Assembly (NCBI RefSeq): GCF_011745625.1 | Contig: NW_027191473.1 | Coordinates: 186,001 to 250,000 of the forward strand | Source of the DNA: Cladosporium halotolerans | Lineage: Eukaryota | Length of the DNA stretch: 64,000 nucleotides | Direction of reading: 5' to 3' | Shown: piece after piece, positions 11,432 to 23,121 of the stretch | Numbering within the stretch: position 1 is the stretch's first letter | Layout of the letters: each line of letters starts with the position of its first letter | Program-made: the position numbers and the translations under genes | The notes under the pieces: generated by a model | Database searches by the model: none | The model's input: the letters and a program-made list of their open reading frames with translations, nothing else | Told to the model about the DNA's origin: nothing

Positions 11432-14400
11432 CTAGTAAGGCGGCCTGACCATCCCCATCTTCCGTCCCTGCCCCTCCTCCTCAGTCTCTTCCAACCCGAT
11501 CCCCTCGAGCAAAGCTGCCAGATCAGTCTTGCTCGTCTTGCGGGAGACCTTTCTGCGCTCAGTGGGATGACCGTAGTCGCTCTCGCTGCCCAACTCCGCG
11601 TCGCCGACGTCGACGAGACTCTCGCTCGCGGAGTCGTCCCCTGCAGGCTCTCCTCTGCTTGCTGGAGCTATGGACGGCGGAGCACCTCCTGCGAGCACAC
11701 GCTTGAGCTCGTCGACGCGGAGGGCGCGGTTACCTCCGGCTGCAGAGCTGCTGCGCCTGTCGTTCGTGCTGCCGCTGGGTCTACCATTGGGTGAGCGAGA
11801 GTCCAGGCGTCCGGATGTGCGACCAAAGGCTTGCTGTCTGTAGTTCATGGAGTCTCCGTTGAGCTGCGACGCTGAGAATTGACCAGAGTCGATCTGGGGG
11901 TTTGAGCTATTGCGGGAAGAGACTGGGTTCATCGCCCCAAGGAGTTGACGGTGATTGCCATTTCGCGGTGAAGATTGCGTGCCAGACAGCGAAATAGACT
12001 TGGGAGCTGCAGCCGCTACAGCTGCGAGGCAAGCGTCCTTGGTCCAAATGGCGAGCATGGCATCCTTGGCTCTCTCGGGCAGTGAAGGCTGAGGCGCTGA
12101 TGTTTTGGCGGTCAAGTAAGACGTTGAGCGGTCAATTGCTGACACTGAGAAGCTGCGACCAGGACTAGTCGGTGGGGATGTTGGCGGGCTGAGAAAGACC
12201 GTCGAGTAAGCGTTTCCGATCCGTTCGACAAGCGCTGGTCGGTGATCCAAAGGCTTGAGATCTTCATGTGCGATGTTGTCCGGCGAAAGCTCAGGCACAG
12301 ATGAGCTTTTGCTCGCGTATGAAGAAATGCTCTCAAGTGGGGCAGCGGGCACAGTGATCGCTTGCATCCAGACGCCATGCTGCTTCCTCCTGCTAATCTC
12401 AGCATGCGTCTCTTCGCCCACGACTTCAGGCTCTGCATCAAACTGTTCGCAGAGCTGCCAAAAGTAGCCATGAACCAAGCTGCCTAGCCTGATCTTCGCA
12501 AGGGGCAAGGCGACGTTCGGTATCTCTTCTTGCAGTGCAAAGATCATAGGCATGCTGCCTTGAACGGCATTGATCCCCAGGCTTTGCAGCAACGTGACGT
12601 TGAGTAGATGCAACAACAGCATGTCACTCTCCGAGTCGGCTGCAAAGTGTAGAGCGTTCTCGTACACTGCCAAGTTCAAAAGCTGCAAGAAAGTGTTGCG
12701 GACCTTCTTGCTCTGCCGGTTCTTGTTGGAAGCGTTCGACAAGGCACGTCGCGCAAGGGTACCGTTGGGATCGGCACTTCTGGCCCTCTTCGTGAACTGT
12801 TGAGCTGGTTCCGGGATCTTCGCATCTGATTTCCTTGTTTCGAGCGTGAGCCAAGTGCACAGAGCATCAACGTACGCGCGCCTCACGCTCGGCGAAGGAT
12901 CACGCAGAAGCCATTGCGTTCCTTCCCATGTCGACAGAGGGACCGTATTGCGACTCTCCGCCACGCCACCCGACGAACGGGTACGTGAGCTATTTGCAAC
13001 CACCATCACATCTCTTGCAACCTCAAGGGCCACTTGACGAGCAGTGTCGTAAGTGAAGAACCCTCCCGATTGAGAGTGAGATCTCTCGCGCGCGGTCAAG
13101 CTGATATTGGTCGCACTTTGCGAGACGGCTGACATGGGCTCTTCAATAGCGGCTGCGGTAGCTGCAGGGCTCTGCTCCGCGGTCGGCGACGAATTCGGTT
13201 TCAATCGCAGGAGAATGGCGGAGATCATGTCACCTATCTGGTCTGTGTAGTATACATGCGTGGCCAGGTCTGCAATGCAACTCTTCAGCCGTGTCAGGAG
13301 CTCAACACGCGGCGCAGAAGGGACTGCAGTCGGAGACTGCTTGTCTTTTAGCTCTTCATTGCTTGAGTTGCCAGAGCTAGCGGTGCGTGCTGTTCCTGGA
13401 GGACCACTGAGTTGGAGAACGCGAAGGATATGTTGCACCAGGCCCAGAAGAATGTCCATGACAGAGAGACCGATCAGGTTGAGATCAGACCGAAGAATGT
13501 CGTCAATGAGATAGGTCAAAAGAAGGTGCTGTGCAAGGTCCGAGTCATTGACTGGCAGATGAGTGAGAGTTTCGGCAGCGGTGACAAGCAAGATGTATCG
13601 GTCTTGAACGGCAGTGCAAGCCGTAATAATTTCGAACAATTTGACGGCCCAGCTGGCCCAGTCATTAACAGCCGGCGCTTTCTGGGACACCGATGTCTCC
13701 GGTCGGTTCTCGAGTTGGTAGCGAACCAGGTATTTCAGAACCTCATTGGTAGCCGATCGAACCTGTGCGCGATCATCCGTCTCGAAAACCGTCTTCAGGC
13801 AGTCGAGAGCCGCCACCGAGACTCCCTCTTCGGCAATTTTGTCCGCGTCCTGAACCGTACCCTCCGCCGCTCGTGCATCCGAGTCGAAAGATGCGGTCCC
13901 CTGGTCGGTTCTCACTGTATTGAGACTTTGCCGGCGCTGGATGGCCTTTTCCTTTTCCTCTTCTTCGTTCCGCCGGCTGACTCGTTGGAGATGTGCCAGA
14001 TGTATAGCGCTGTCGCCACGCAGGTTGCTCAACACGGCCGGAATCGTGCGGTTTAGCTGACGACCAACCTCCGAAGCCAAAGACTCAGAAACAAGCATAG
14101 CCTTTATAGCTCCAAGCCCTGCCTCCCTCAAGCGGACTGCGTCCGGCACCGTCACAGCAGTTGTCGCCTTTCCAATCTTTTTCGAGGCGGTTTTCTGCGC
14201 GAACTCAGACCATTGCCGAACGACAACCTCGTAAAGCTCTTGATATTCGTGGTCTGCAGCTAGAGTGGCAGGATCTTGGTGTTTGCAAAGAACCTCCCAT
14301 GTCTTGAGACTGGCTTCAACCAGACTGATATCGTTGGTGTTCTGCAAGACCCCGCTAATCGTCCGGAGGACATAAGGCGCGATCAGACTGAACCCATTGG

Positions 14401-14707
14401 CACTGCCAACCACCTTATTTTCCAGTAACGCGGTCAAAATCTTTAACGTAACGAGGACGCGGGCGCTCTGCGCCTTGTAGACGTCATTGGCGGTCTTTCG
14501 CTCGAGGAATGTGCCAACTTTTTGCAGTTTACTTCGGCGAGTGCTCGCATAGTAAAGGAGGTAGCTGAGTTCGGATCCGTTGGGGTTGACATCGGCAGCA
14601 CTGTTGCGCGGGAGCCTAGGATAGCACTTGAGGACAAGGAGTTGGTGTTTTGGGCGCAGCTTCTGGCGCACGCTGTCCATGTGGGCGGGGAGATGTGATT
14701 TAACCAT
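11432..14707 (-). CDS. EFR3: EFR3, plasma-membrane PI4-kinase complex scaffold
   Basis: Single ~1090-aa ORF with the characteristic N-terminus RPKHQLLVLKCYP..ELSYLLYYASTRRSKLQKVG and LATHVYYTDQI. Start is 14707 or 14680. Confidence 0.92.
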   Translation of the reverse strand: MVKSHLPAHMDSVRQKLRPKHQLLVLKCYPRLPRNSAADVNPNGSELSYLLYYASTRRSKLQKVGTFLERKTANDVYKAQSARVLVTLKILTALLENKVVGSANGFSLIAPYVLRTISGVLQNTNDISLVEASLKTWEVLCKHQDPATLAADHEYQELYEVVVRQWSEFAQKTASKKIGKATTAVTVPDAVRLREAGLGAIKAMLVSESLASEVGRQLNRTIPAVLSNLRGDSAIHLAHLQRVSRRNEEEEKEKAIQRRQSLNTVRTDQGTASFDSDARAAEGTVQDADKIAEEGVSVAALDCLKTVFETDDRAQVRSATNEVLKYLVRYQLENRPETSVSQKAPAVNDWASWAVKLFEIITACTAVQDRYILLVTAAETLTHLPVNDSDLAQHLLLTYLIDDILRSDLNLIGLSVMDILLGLVQHILRVLQLSGPPGTARTASSGNSSNEELKDKQSPTAVPSAPRVELLTRLKSCIADLATHVYYTDQIGDMISAILLRLKPNSSPTAEQSPAATAAAIEEPMSAVSQSATNISLTARERSHSQSGGFFTYDTARQVALEVARDVMVVANSSRTRSSGGVAESRNTVPLSTWEGTQWLLRDPSPSVRRAYVDALCTWLTLETRKSDAKIPEPAQQFTKRARSADPNGTLARRALSNASNKNRQSKKVRNTFLQLLNLAVYENALHFAADSESDMLLLHLLNVTLLQSLGINAVQGSMPMIFALQEEIPNVALPLAKIRLGSLVHGYFWQLCEQFDAEPEVVGEETHAEISRRKQHGVWMQAITVPAAPLESISSYASKSSSVPELSPDNIAHEDLKPLDHRPALVERIGNAYSTVFLSPPTSPPTSPGRSFSVSAIDRSTSYLTAKTSAPQPSLPERAKDAMLAIWTKDACLAAVAAAAPKSISLSGTQSSPRNGNHRQLLGAMNPVSSRNSSNPQIDSGQFSASQLNGDSMNYRQQAFGRTSGRLDSRSPNGRPSGSTNDRRSSSAAGGNRALRVDELKRVLAGGAPPSIAPASRGEPAGDDSASESLVDVGDAELGSESDYGHPTERRKVSRKTSKTDLAALLEGIGLEETEEEGQGRKMGMVRPPY

Positions 14708-15161
14708 GGCCGGTCGTAGCTGCCGGTAGCAGGCGCCTACGCTGGAGCAGCAGTGGCCAGATGCCTCGCGCGGCGTGCTAGTCCGCGGAATGGGAGGCGA
14801 GGAGTAGGTTTGGTAGGTGAGCAGTGGAGGGACGAGCGACGTCGCCCATCTCAAACACGTCAGGGTTCAGCCAGGCGATGAGCCCAACTCCCCTAGGCAG
14901 CTGGCAGCCTCAGGGAGAGAGCGCCGGTGGCTCCGCTCTGCACGCTGAACTCAAAGACTGTGTGACTCTGAGCTTGGCCGAACTCGACGTCGACCGCGAT
15001 ATGTGACACCAAGCTTTGCTGCACCGAGCGGGACTATCCGCGGGCACAGACATCTTGGCGGGCAGCACTACTGAATTCGATATCACACTGGCGGGCGAGA
15101 CGAACTTTGCGATTGCTGGCAGGCACGATTATCCACGACTAACCCTTTAGCAATCCCCGAG

Positions 15162-15636
15162 GTGAGTGCACATACTGCTCTGCTGCGACGCCATTGAGAC
15201 TGCTACTGCTGCTGCCGACCGGACGATTCTGCTGCACCAACGGCGACCGAAAACGACACTGGCCCGGCGATTTCACGACACGATCTGCAAAATGTTGGAA
15301 ACATTCGACTTGGGGTAGGAGGGATCAGGCTCTGGTGGATGCGAAGGGGACAATGCCATGATGTGAATATGGCCTCGAAGTGTTCGGCAGAGAAGGATAC
15401 GGCGCGCACCGAAATTCTTTCTGGCTTTTTGATCACCCACCAAAGTGCTCTTGTGCCAGCGAAGATTTCGCGAATCCTCATGTGTGCGAAGCAGAGCTGT
15501 ATCAGGACAACGATCACATCACACAACCTGCGCAAAATTTCTGGTCAACAGCAACAGCAGCAGCAGCAGTCTCAGAACACGGCAACGCACCGGAGAGATT
15601 CAGAACACCTCTGAGCAACCACTAACGATTCACCAG
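15162..15636 (+). other. Putative 5'UTR intron of RPS3 with long-range inverted repeat
   Basis: GAG|GTGAGT donor at 15162, ACTAAC branch at 15621, CAG acceptor at 15634-15636, 28 nt before the ATG. 15195-15214 is the reverse complement of 15555-15574 at 19/20. Confidence 0.7.
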
Positions 15637-15664
15637 TGGTCACTCATCCCGTCCACCCGCCAAG

Positions 15665-16611
15665 ATGCAGTCCAACGTCGCCCCCGCGCAGACCATGGCT
15701 AACGCCAGCGCCAACCTCTCCAAGCGCAGAAAGTTCATCGCCGACGGTGTCTTCTACGCCGAGCTGAACGAGTTCTTCCAGCGCGAGCTGGCCGAGGAGG
15801 GCTACTCCGGTGTTGAGGTTCGCGTGACCCCCACCGTCACCGACATCATCATCCGCGCCACCCACACCCAGGAGGTTCTTGGTGAGCAGGGCAGGAGGAT
15901 CCGTGAGGTACGTCAATTGCGGCATATCGATCAGGAGGTGGATTCAAGTTCTAACAAATACCACAGCTTACCAGCCTGATCACCCACCGCTACAAGTTCC
16001 CCGCCGACAGCGTCTCCCTCTACGCCGCCAAGGTCCAGTCCCGCGGTCTTTCCGCTGTCGCCCAGTGCGAGTCCCTCCGCTACAAGCTCCTCAACGGTCT
16101 TGCCGTCCGTCGTGCCTGCTACGGTGTCCTCCGGTAAGCAATTCCCACCACTTTCCAGCAAAGACCGCTATCTGACAATTCTTTCAGCTTCATCATGGAG
16201 TCCGGCGCCAAGGGTTGCGAGGTTGTCGTCTCTGGCAAGCTGCGCGCCGCCCGTGCCAAGTCCATGAAGTTCACCGACGGCTTCATGATCCACTCCGGTC
16301 AGCCCGCTAAGGACTTCATTGACCACGCCACCCGCCACGTCCTCCTCCGCCAGGGTGTCCTCGGTATCAAGGTCAAGATCATGCGCGCCTCTTCCTCTCC
16401 CTCCGACCCCACCGGCGAGAAGGCCGGCGGCAAGGGTCTTCCCGACTCCGTCACCATCATCGAGCCCAAGGAGGAGCAGCCCGTGCTCGCTCCCACCTCC
16501 CAGGACTACGGTGCCAAGGCCGCCCAGGCCCAGGCTGCTCAGCAGCAGCTCCAGCAGCAGCAGCAGGCTGAGGAGCAGGGTGAGCAGGCCCCCGCCGAGC
16601 AGCAGTACTAG
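15665..16611 (+). CDS. RPS3: 40S ribosomal protein S3 (uS3), 3 coding exons
   Basis: [58 protein letters not shown]. Introns 15908-15966 and 16134-16187; strong codon bias. Confidence 0.98.
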
Positions 16612-17015
16612 GAATAAAGCTGTGCAGTCGGGGTGCTTCGCTAGCGGCGGGGTTTCATCTTTACGGGATGGATGGCGTTTCAAGTTTCACCATGAGCGAT
16701 TCGTGCGCCTTTTGATGCAGGTAGCGCACGTAGCTTTGCAAAAGAGATGATTCCATGTGCAAATTCATCTACGTTTGGTTTCGAACTTCACCTGGCTGTG
16801 AGCTTCTCGCACAATTTGTTCGTGTATGCAATTCTAGGTGTACGATATAATGCTCACACTTCCGTAAACCACAGCAAGCGTCGGCATCGTCCAATCTAAC
16901 GCAAACCTCACCATGTCAAAAGCAGGCCCATACCCTAACAGAAAGCATCGCTCAGAGCCCAGAAAGTCATATTGTCATCAATCCAATGCCAGAAGTTCAT
17001 CCTTCACAATACTCT

Positions 17016-19411
17016 CTACAGAGCCGCCTCCCCCTCCATCCCACCTCCCTCTCCCTCCTTCACACTATCCCTCCCCGCCCCCAAGAAATTCTTCTTATGC
17101 GCCCTTCCCCTTCTACTAACGACCTTCAGCGTAGGCGGCTGCGCCGTCGCCTCTTCTGCACCCCCGTTCCCGTCCCCGGCTTCGTCGTCGCCGAACAGGA
17201 AACCCCTGTTGCGGCGCTGGTCGTCGAAGAAAGAGGAGGACGGGGAAGGGGAGGCTTTGCGCGTGCTGGTTGCAGTCGAGGGGGCGCTGGTGTCGTTGGT
17301 GGTGGAGTCGCTGCTGCCGAGCATCCAGGAGTAGGAGCTTTCGGACAGAGAGGGACGGGGGGTGGGCGGCGAGGGTGGAGGTTGGGTTTGGTGTTCTGGG
17401 GATGGGCTTGAGGGCGCTTGGTTGACGGTGATGTTTGGAGGGTTGGAGGGCTGGGCTGAGGGGGTGGACTCGAGGGCGAAGGGGTCGTCGTCATCGTCGT
17501 CGTCGTCGAAGGTGGACGGGTCGGCGAGCTTTTCGTGGTTGGCCTGGGGCTGGGAGGAAGGATGAGGATTGTCGTCGGGAGCTGGAATGTTGGGCGATTG
17601 AGATGCTGATGCTACGGCTTGTTTGTCATCCGTCGCAGCCTTTTCAGGCGCTGAACTCCTAGGAGCCTCAGATTGAGAGCTCTCCAGGCTTGCGCTGTTA
17701 TCTGTTTCCTCAGCGGGTAACGGCAAGCTTGAATCTCCAAGGTAGACCTGCACAAACTGCACTTTGGCGATGGCCACGCTGAGCTTCTCAAGCGAGGAGC
17801 TCGGCTCTTGGGATGCCTTGCTATTTTGCGGATCGTCCTCTGCAGCTACCTTCTGATAATCCCAAAGATCGGCGACAGCAGCGTCGAGCAGTTTGCCCAA
17901 CTGCGCGTTCCTCGCCTCTAGCTCCTTGACTTTGTGTAGGACGGAACCGTACGCAGTCCGTGGCCCCCGATTCCGCGAGGATGGGGTTGGAGCGTTGCTG
18001 ATCTCCTGCGCCTTGCGGTGAACCTCGTCCACAGCATTGCGTACAGCCTTGCCAATGTTGAACTGCTCGCTGCGGGTTTGTATGTTCTTCGCCGCGGACT
18101 GGAAAATGGACTCTATGTTGCGAGCTTGCTTTGGCCGACTCTCTGGTGATAAGCCGGCACGACCCAATGCAGCTTTAGCTGCACTCACTCCGGAGAAAGC
18201 TGTGATATTGCGTTGCAGAGCTGGGGGCGTTGCAGGACGGTCGCCAGGTTGCAGAGGCCTGTCGGTGTATTTGAGTACCAGATACCCTCCGCCCTCTGTG
18301 TGCATATGCTCTCGTAGATAAAGGGCGTCTAACGCAAGGGTCTGAGGCGCAAAATCTTTGGGTAGTGGTGGGTATCTCAGAAGTAATGTCAGAGCACCAT
18401 TGTAGTCAGACTCCATTAGCTCCCACCGTATCCGTAGCAGCATTGCCAGACATATGTGATCCACCACCTCCAATGAGGAGTCGTTGGCAAAGATGACATC
18501 CCACATGGTCAATATATCGTCGAACGGGAATTCACGTCCAAAGAGCAGTCGGATCCATCGCATGAGGAAGACTTGAGGCATGATGTCAAGCCTCTCCATA
18601 TGATTGGCAAGATCCGGGTCAACCTTAGGTAGGAGCTCGAACACGATTCGTTTGCTCCGTGACACCATTGGGTTCTCTGCAGCAGCATGCGTCGTCTGTT
18701 CGTAGAAGTTCTTTGCGTTCTGCATGACCTGGCCAAAGAGCGCGAAGGCGTCGTGCTCGATATGGTCTGCGTCGTATACTGTCCGGATCACGGCATCCTC
18801 TCCCATTGCCTTGCTACTTTGCCCCAAATCTAAAGCATCTCTTTCCACAACCCAAAGCATAGGCGCCAGCAGCTCATGCATTCCTTGTCGGTAGCCCAAG
18901 TCTGGGTTCAGCTTGCAGAACACGAAGAGTATGTCCAACAGCATTCGCTGCGTATCTGGCTGGCGGAAATAGAGGTTCTCGGGTATGCAGCGGTCGACGT
19001 CTTGCTGGATCTCGGCGCGGAGTTCTTCGTCTTGACGGAGGGACGGCCATGACGACTTGTATCACATCTTAGCTATCGGTCAGACCACGCCGAGAGAGAG
19101 GCAACGTCGGAACGCGGGCTTACGTCTGTCTCTTCGCTGAGCGGATCGGCATGTTCATCTGGGTTCTCGAGGTGCTGCAGGAAGTGCAGGCGAAGCGAGT
19201 TGTACGCGGAACGTGAGGATTGGAGGGTGCGTGGCCATGATGCGATGTCGACGTTGTCGAAGAGCAGGAAGGCTTTCCAGCAGGCGGAGCGCAGGCCGTT
19301 GTTGGGTGCTGAAAGGTGGCCGTCGAGGCGGACGGCTTCTTTGAGTTCGGCGAGAGATGGATATTGCTTGAGCTCTTCCCAGCTTTGTTTCGCGTCGGCA
19401 AGGCTTCTCAT
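17016..19411 (-). CDS. TBC-domain Rab GTPase-activating protein (TBC1D5-like), 2 exons
   Basis: LRSACWKAFLL, then after intron 19123-19056 the TBC motifs IQQDVDRC (Arg finger) and GYRQGMHELLAP (Gln finger), plus RWIRLLFGREF. Confidence 0.9.
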
Positions 19412-19673
19412 GGTTGGAGTGAGTGTTCTCGCCGACACTGCGTACAGCGCTCGTATGGTGGGGTTATGGTGGTGGAGGTCAAGCAAGGTGGAGGTGCCCT
19501 ACTGTAGAGTTTGGCTAGGGTCGGCATTCAGCTGGCCGAGTCGGCATCAATGAATCCGAAGCCACGAGGGTGAGACTTGAAGGCGTTCAACCGTCTGACG
19601 TCGACGTTTGAGGTTGGCTGCAAACACCTGTCGCGAGTCTCTATTAGTGGTAATCTGAGTACGGCTCATCGCG

Positions 19674-21496
19674 ATGGGCTGGCCATACCAGTTCGTCGAC
19701 CTCACGGACGCCCAAAAACACCAACGCCGAACGCTGCTCGATACGTACGGCTTGATCGCACAAGCCTCTGCCGGCGTGATACTCCTCGCGATACAACTTG
19801 TATTCCTTGTTCAATGGATCAGTCAGAAGCGAAATGAGAGGAATGGCACTGATGTGCCTAGCTCGCCGCACGTCAAACACTCGCACAAAAATCAATCTGG
19901 CCAGCGGTCAATCGGGTATTGGTGGCGACGCTTTTCGTGGTGGGCTGGTGAACCCTGCACTATCTTCAACAATCATCTCGGCACTCAAGGCCAGGTGACT
20001 GCTGCTACGCTATGGACGTTTTGGCTACTGGGGCTGTGCTTTGCAGAGACCGGCAAAGGTGCGTATCATTACTGTTGGCAGCGTTCAAGCAGCAGCTTAC
20101 ACAACTTGTCGCAGATTATCTCCATCTCACGAAACGATTCGGCATCGTCGGCGCTTCGCAATTACCCTTTCAATACCTGTTGGTCTGGAAGTCTTCGTGG
20201 TCGCCAATTCAAGTCCTCACTCGAGCATCACACGAAACCCTCAATGCTTATCACCAGCTGCTAGGACGTGTCGTCACGTATTTGGTGATCCTTCATGCAG
20301 CTTTCTACCTCAACTTCTACGTGCAGAACAATCTGCTGGCAAGCAAGCTCAAAGAAGCATACGTTTTGTGCGGTGTCGTAGCAGTCGTGGCTTTCGTCGC
20401 CATCGGTACGACGGCTCTTGGCCCAGTCAGAAAATGGAGCTATCGTGTCTTCTACGCAACACACGTTGCCCTTGCTACTGCCCTGCTCCCAGTTCTATTC
20501 TTTCACGTCAGCCACATCCGGATATACTTGTACGAGACGTTTGCAGTCTACGTGCTGAATGTCACGGTTCGTTGGGTGCTTTCTAGAGAGCTTCGCGGAA
20601 GCATCAGGTCTGTGCCGGACACTTCTCTTGTGGAGATAACGATCCCGATGGACTCTTCGAAGGCGTCCAGGCAATTAGCGGAAATCTCGGTACCCGGACA
20701 GCACGCTTACATCTCGCTGGGACGGAAGTCGCTCCTGCGAGTGTTTCGCAGCAACCCGTTCACCGTCGCCTCTCTACCAGGCGTTGACAAAACTATCAAA
20801 TTCGTCGCTCGAGTGGCAGACGGGAACACGAGGAGACTTCTCGCGAGTGCCGAAGGTGCTTCTGCAGATACCAAGACCCAGCTCACCCTCGAAGGTCCAT
20901 ATGGGCTTAACACGCATGAGGACCGTTTGATGCAGTACGATCGTGTGCTTTTCGTTGCTGGTGGCGTCGGCGCGACGTTCATTGTTCCTCTCTACAGACA
21001 ACTACTCGCGGATCTCAGCCCGAGTAAGGGCAGCTATAGACGGCAGAAGATCAGCTGCGTGTGGATCGCAAGGTCCAAAGCTGAGGTCACCTGGGCGATA
21101 CCCAAAGATCAGCGAGAGAAAGACGGCTTCACGGAGCGTCTGAAGATCTGCCATACTGGCCTTGGCGCTGCTGGCAGTGAGGCTGCTTTCGATCAAGAAG
21201 ACAATGGAGATGTTGCTGTCGGAGAGACTGAAGACGCGATTGAACTTGAAGAGCAGAAGCAGTTGCTATCTGGAAATGACATTGCACCCACCGGACGCAG
21301 CGACTTACCACTGCACACGGGCCGTCCAGATCTACGTCGACTGGTCGAGCAGACTTTCTCGCACGGCAGCCAGGAGAAAATCGCTATCATCGTGTGCGGA
21401 CCGAACTCTCTAAGTCAGAGTCTGCGCCGAGAAGTCACACCGTGGGTCAAGCGAGGCAGGGAAGTGTGGTTCCATGACGAAGGATTCAGCCTTTAG
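19674..21496 (+). CDS. Ferric reductase-like transmembrane flavoprotein (FRE/NOX superfamily), 2 exons
   Basis: Intron 20059-20114 joins GK-DYLHLTKRFG. Heme His pairs (YHQLLGR..LHA; THVALA..FFHV), PGQH, NPFT, EGPYG, VAGGVGATF and VCGP NAD-binding motifs. Confidence 0.9.
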
Positions 21497-21564
21497 AGAA
21501 CGCGACAATCAATTCCATTAGACTGCTGATCAATACTGTCAACAGAAATAGCAGCGCAGTCCGC

Positions 21565-22539
21565 CTACTTTCCCTCGCCCTCCTTCAACTCCTTACCCAT
21601 CTTCGCGACCCACTCCCCATAATCCTCCACATCCCTCCCCAGCACCGCCCTCAGCAACCGATACTCATCCTCCTCCAGCCCAAATCCCTCATCAAGCCAA
21701 ACCTTACACAACAGCGCCACATCCCTCCCAATCGCCTTGCCCATCGCCCCAGGAACGAACTCCCACCACCCCCTCTCATACGCCTCCAACCCCTCCTCAT
21801 CCCCCTTCGACATCCTCACCTCCCTGCCCAACGCCTTGCTCCAAATCTCCTCCGTCTCCCTGCCCGTCCACCTCCTCAACGTCCCAACATTCACCTTCGC
21901 CCCGCCCAGCTTCTCTCCCCCATCCTCAATAACCTTCGCAACAACAGCCGCAATATCCCGCGCGCTGACCCTACTAACCCCCCTCTCGCCCAGCGGCTCC
22001 GGCAACAACCCCTCCTTCACCAACAACTCCGGCGTCCTTAGATCATTCTCGAAGAACAGCGTCGGTCCCACAACAGTCCACTTAAACGGCAACTCCGCGT
22101 ACCGCAACCGCTGCTCGACCGCCACCTTGACAATAACCGTCGCCGTACCCGCCCTCTTCAACATCGCCGCCGCGCCCTCCGGACTCGTAAACTCGCCCGC
22201 GCACGACAAGTAAACCACATGCCTCACGCCCGCCCTCCCAAAAGCGTCCAGCGCGCCGAGCGTCGTGAACAGCTCGTCGGTCCCGCCGAGATTGAGGAAG
22301 GCGGCGTCGACGGCGTGCTCGCGGCAGAGGGACTCCAGCCAGGTGGGGTCGGAGACGGGGCCTTCGGTTATGGTGAGGCGGGGGAAGGACGCAGGAGGGT
22401 AGGTGGTTGCGAGGCGGGTGGCGGAGGAGGTGGGGAGGATGAGGCGGGTGGATTCGGGGGTGGTCGAGAGGAGGTGCGGGATGAGGAGGCGGCCGATCGT
22501 GCCGCTGGCGGAGGTGAGGAGGATGGATTTTGGGGACAT
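21565..22539 (-). CDS. NmrA-like NAD(P)-binding Rossmann-fold protein
   Basis: 324-aa intronless ORF with ILLTSASGTIG, AGVRHVVYLS, K..VE..L, WTVVGPTLFFEN, VSARDIAAV. Confidence 0.85.
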   Translation of the reverse strand: MSPKSILLTSASGTIGRLLIPHLLSTTPESTRLILPTSSATRLATTYPPASFPRLTITEGPVSDPTWLESLCREHAVDAAFLNLGGTDELFTTLGALDAFGRAGVRHVVYLSCAGEFTSPEGAAAMLKRAGTATVIVKVAVEQRLRYAELPFKWTVVGPTLFFENDLRTPELLVKEGLLPEPLGERGVSRVSARDIAAVVAKVIEDGGEKLGGAKVNVGTLRRWTGRETEEIWSKALGREVRMSKGDEEGLEAYERGWWEFVPGAMGKAIGRDVALLCKVWLDEGFGLEEDEYRLLRAVLGRDVEDYGEWVAKMGKELKEGEGK

Positions 22540-23121
22540 GGTGAAGGTTTGTGTGTGTTTTTTTTGGGGGTGTGTTGTTGGATTGTTGGGTTGGTGTGTT
22601 GCTTTGAATTGCTGGATTGTGTTCTTGTGAGGGCCTGGAGAGCTGGTGTTGATGTTGGGAAACGATGGTGAAGTGATGGGATGGAGCTGCTTCTTTATAC
22701 TAGAGGTTTGGTTTGCATTATTCTGTTATTCTTCTGCCTAAAGGTACTCTCATGATGCCAAGTACGTTCGCGCGAATGCGGTTCTTGGGCGTAAGCCTGG
22801 AGGTGGATGGTCGCCTGATGTCCAAGCAAGTTTGACTAAGCAGCTGTATAGCTCGGTGACCGCGGCTTGCGCTCTGGGGACGTCAAGCTTACAACTCCCG
22901 CAGCAATGCTTCAGAAGCTTCGAGGCAAATTGTGGGTGTGTTGGAACAGTTTGGACGCGCAGTATGTGAATTACTCGGCGTGATTGGTAATTGTGCATCA
23001 CGGCTGCACATAACAATCGGGCATGTTTGCAGCAAATGCCTCAAACTTGGCGCAAGCTGAAAGCTGAGAGTTCCAAGGTTCAATGGATGAGGACACTTGT
23101 TCTCAAGATAGCTCCCGATTA

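Noticed and set aside
15400..15425. RNase P RNA CR-I-like GAATTTCGGTG on the minus strand
   Set aside because: Deviates from GGGAAAUUCGGUG and no convincing CR-IV/CR-V partner was found.
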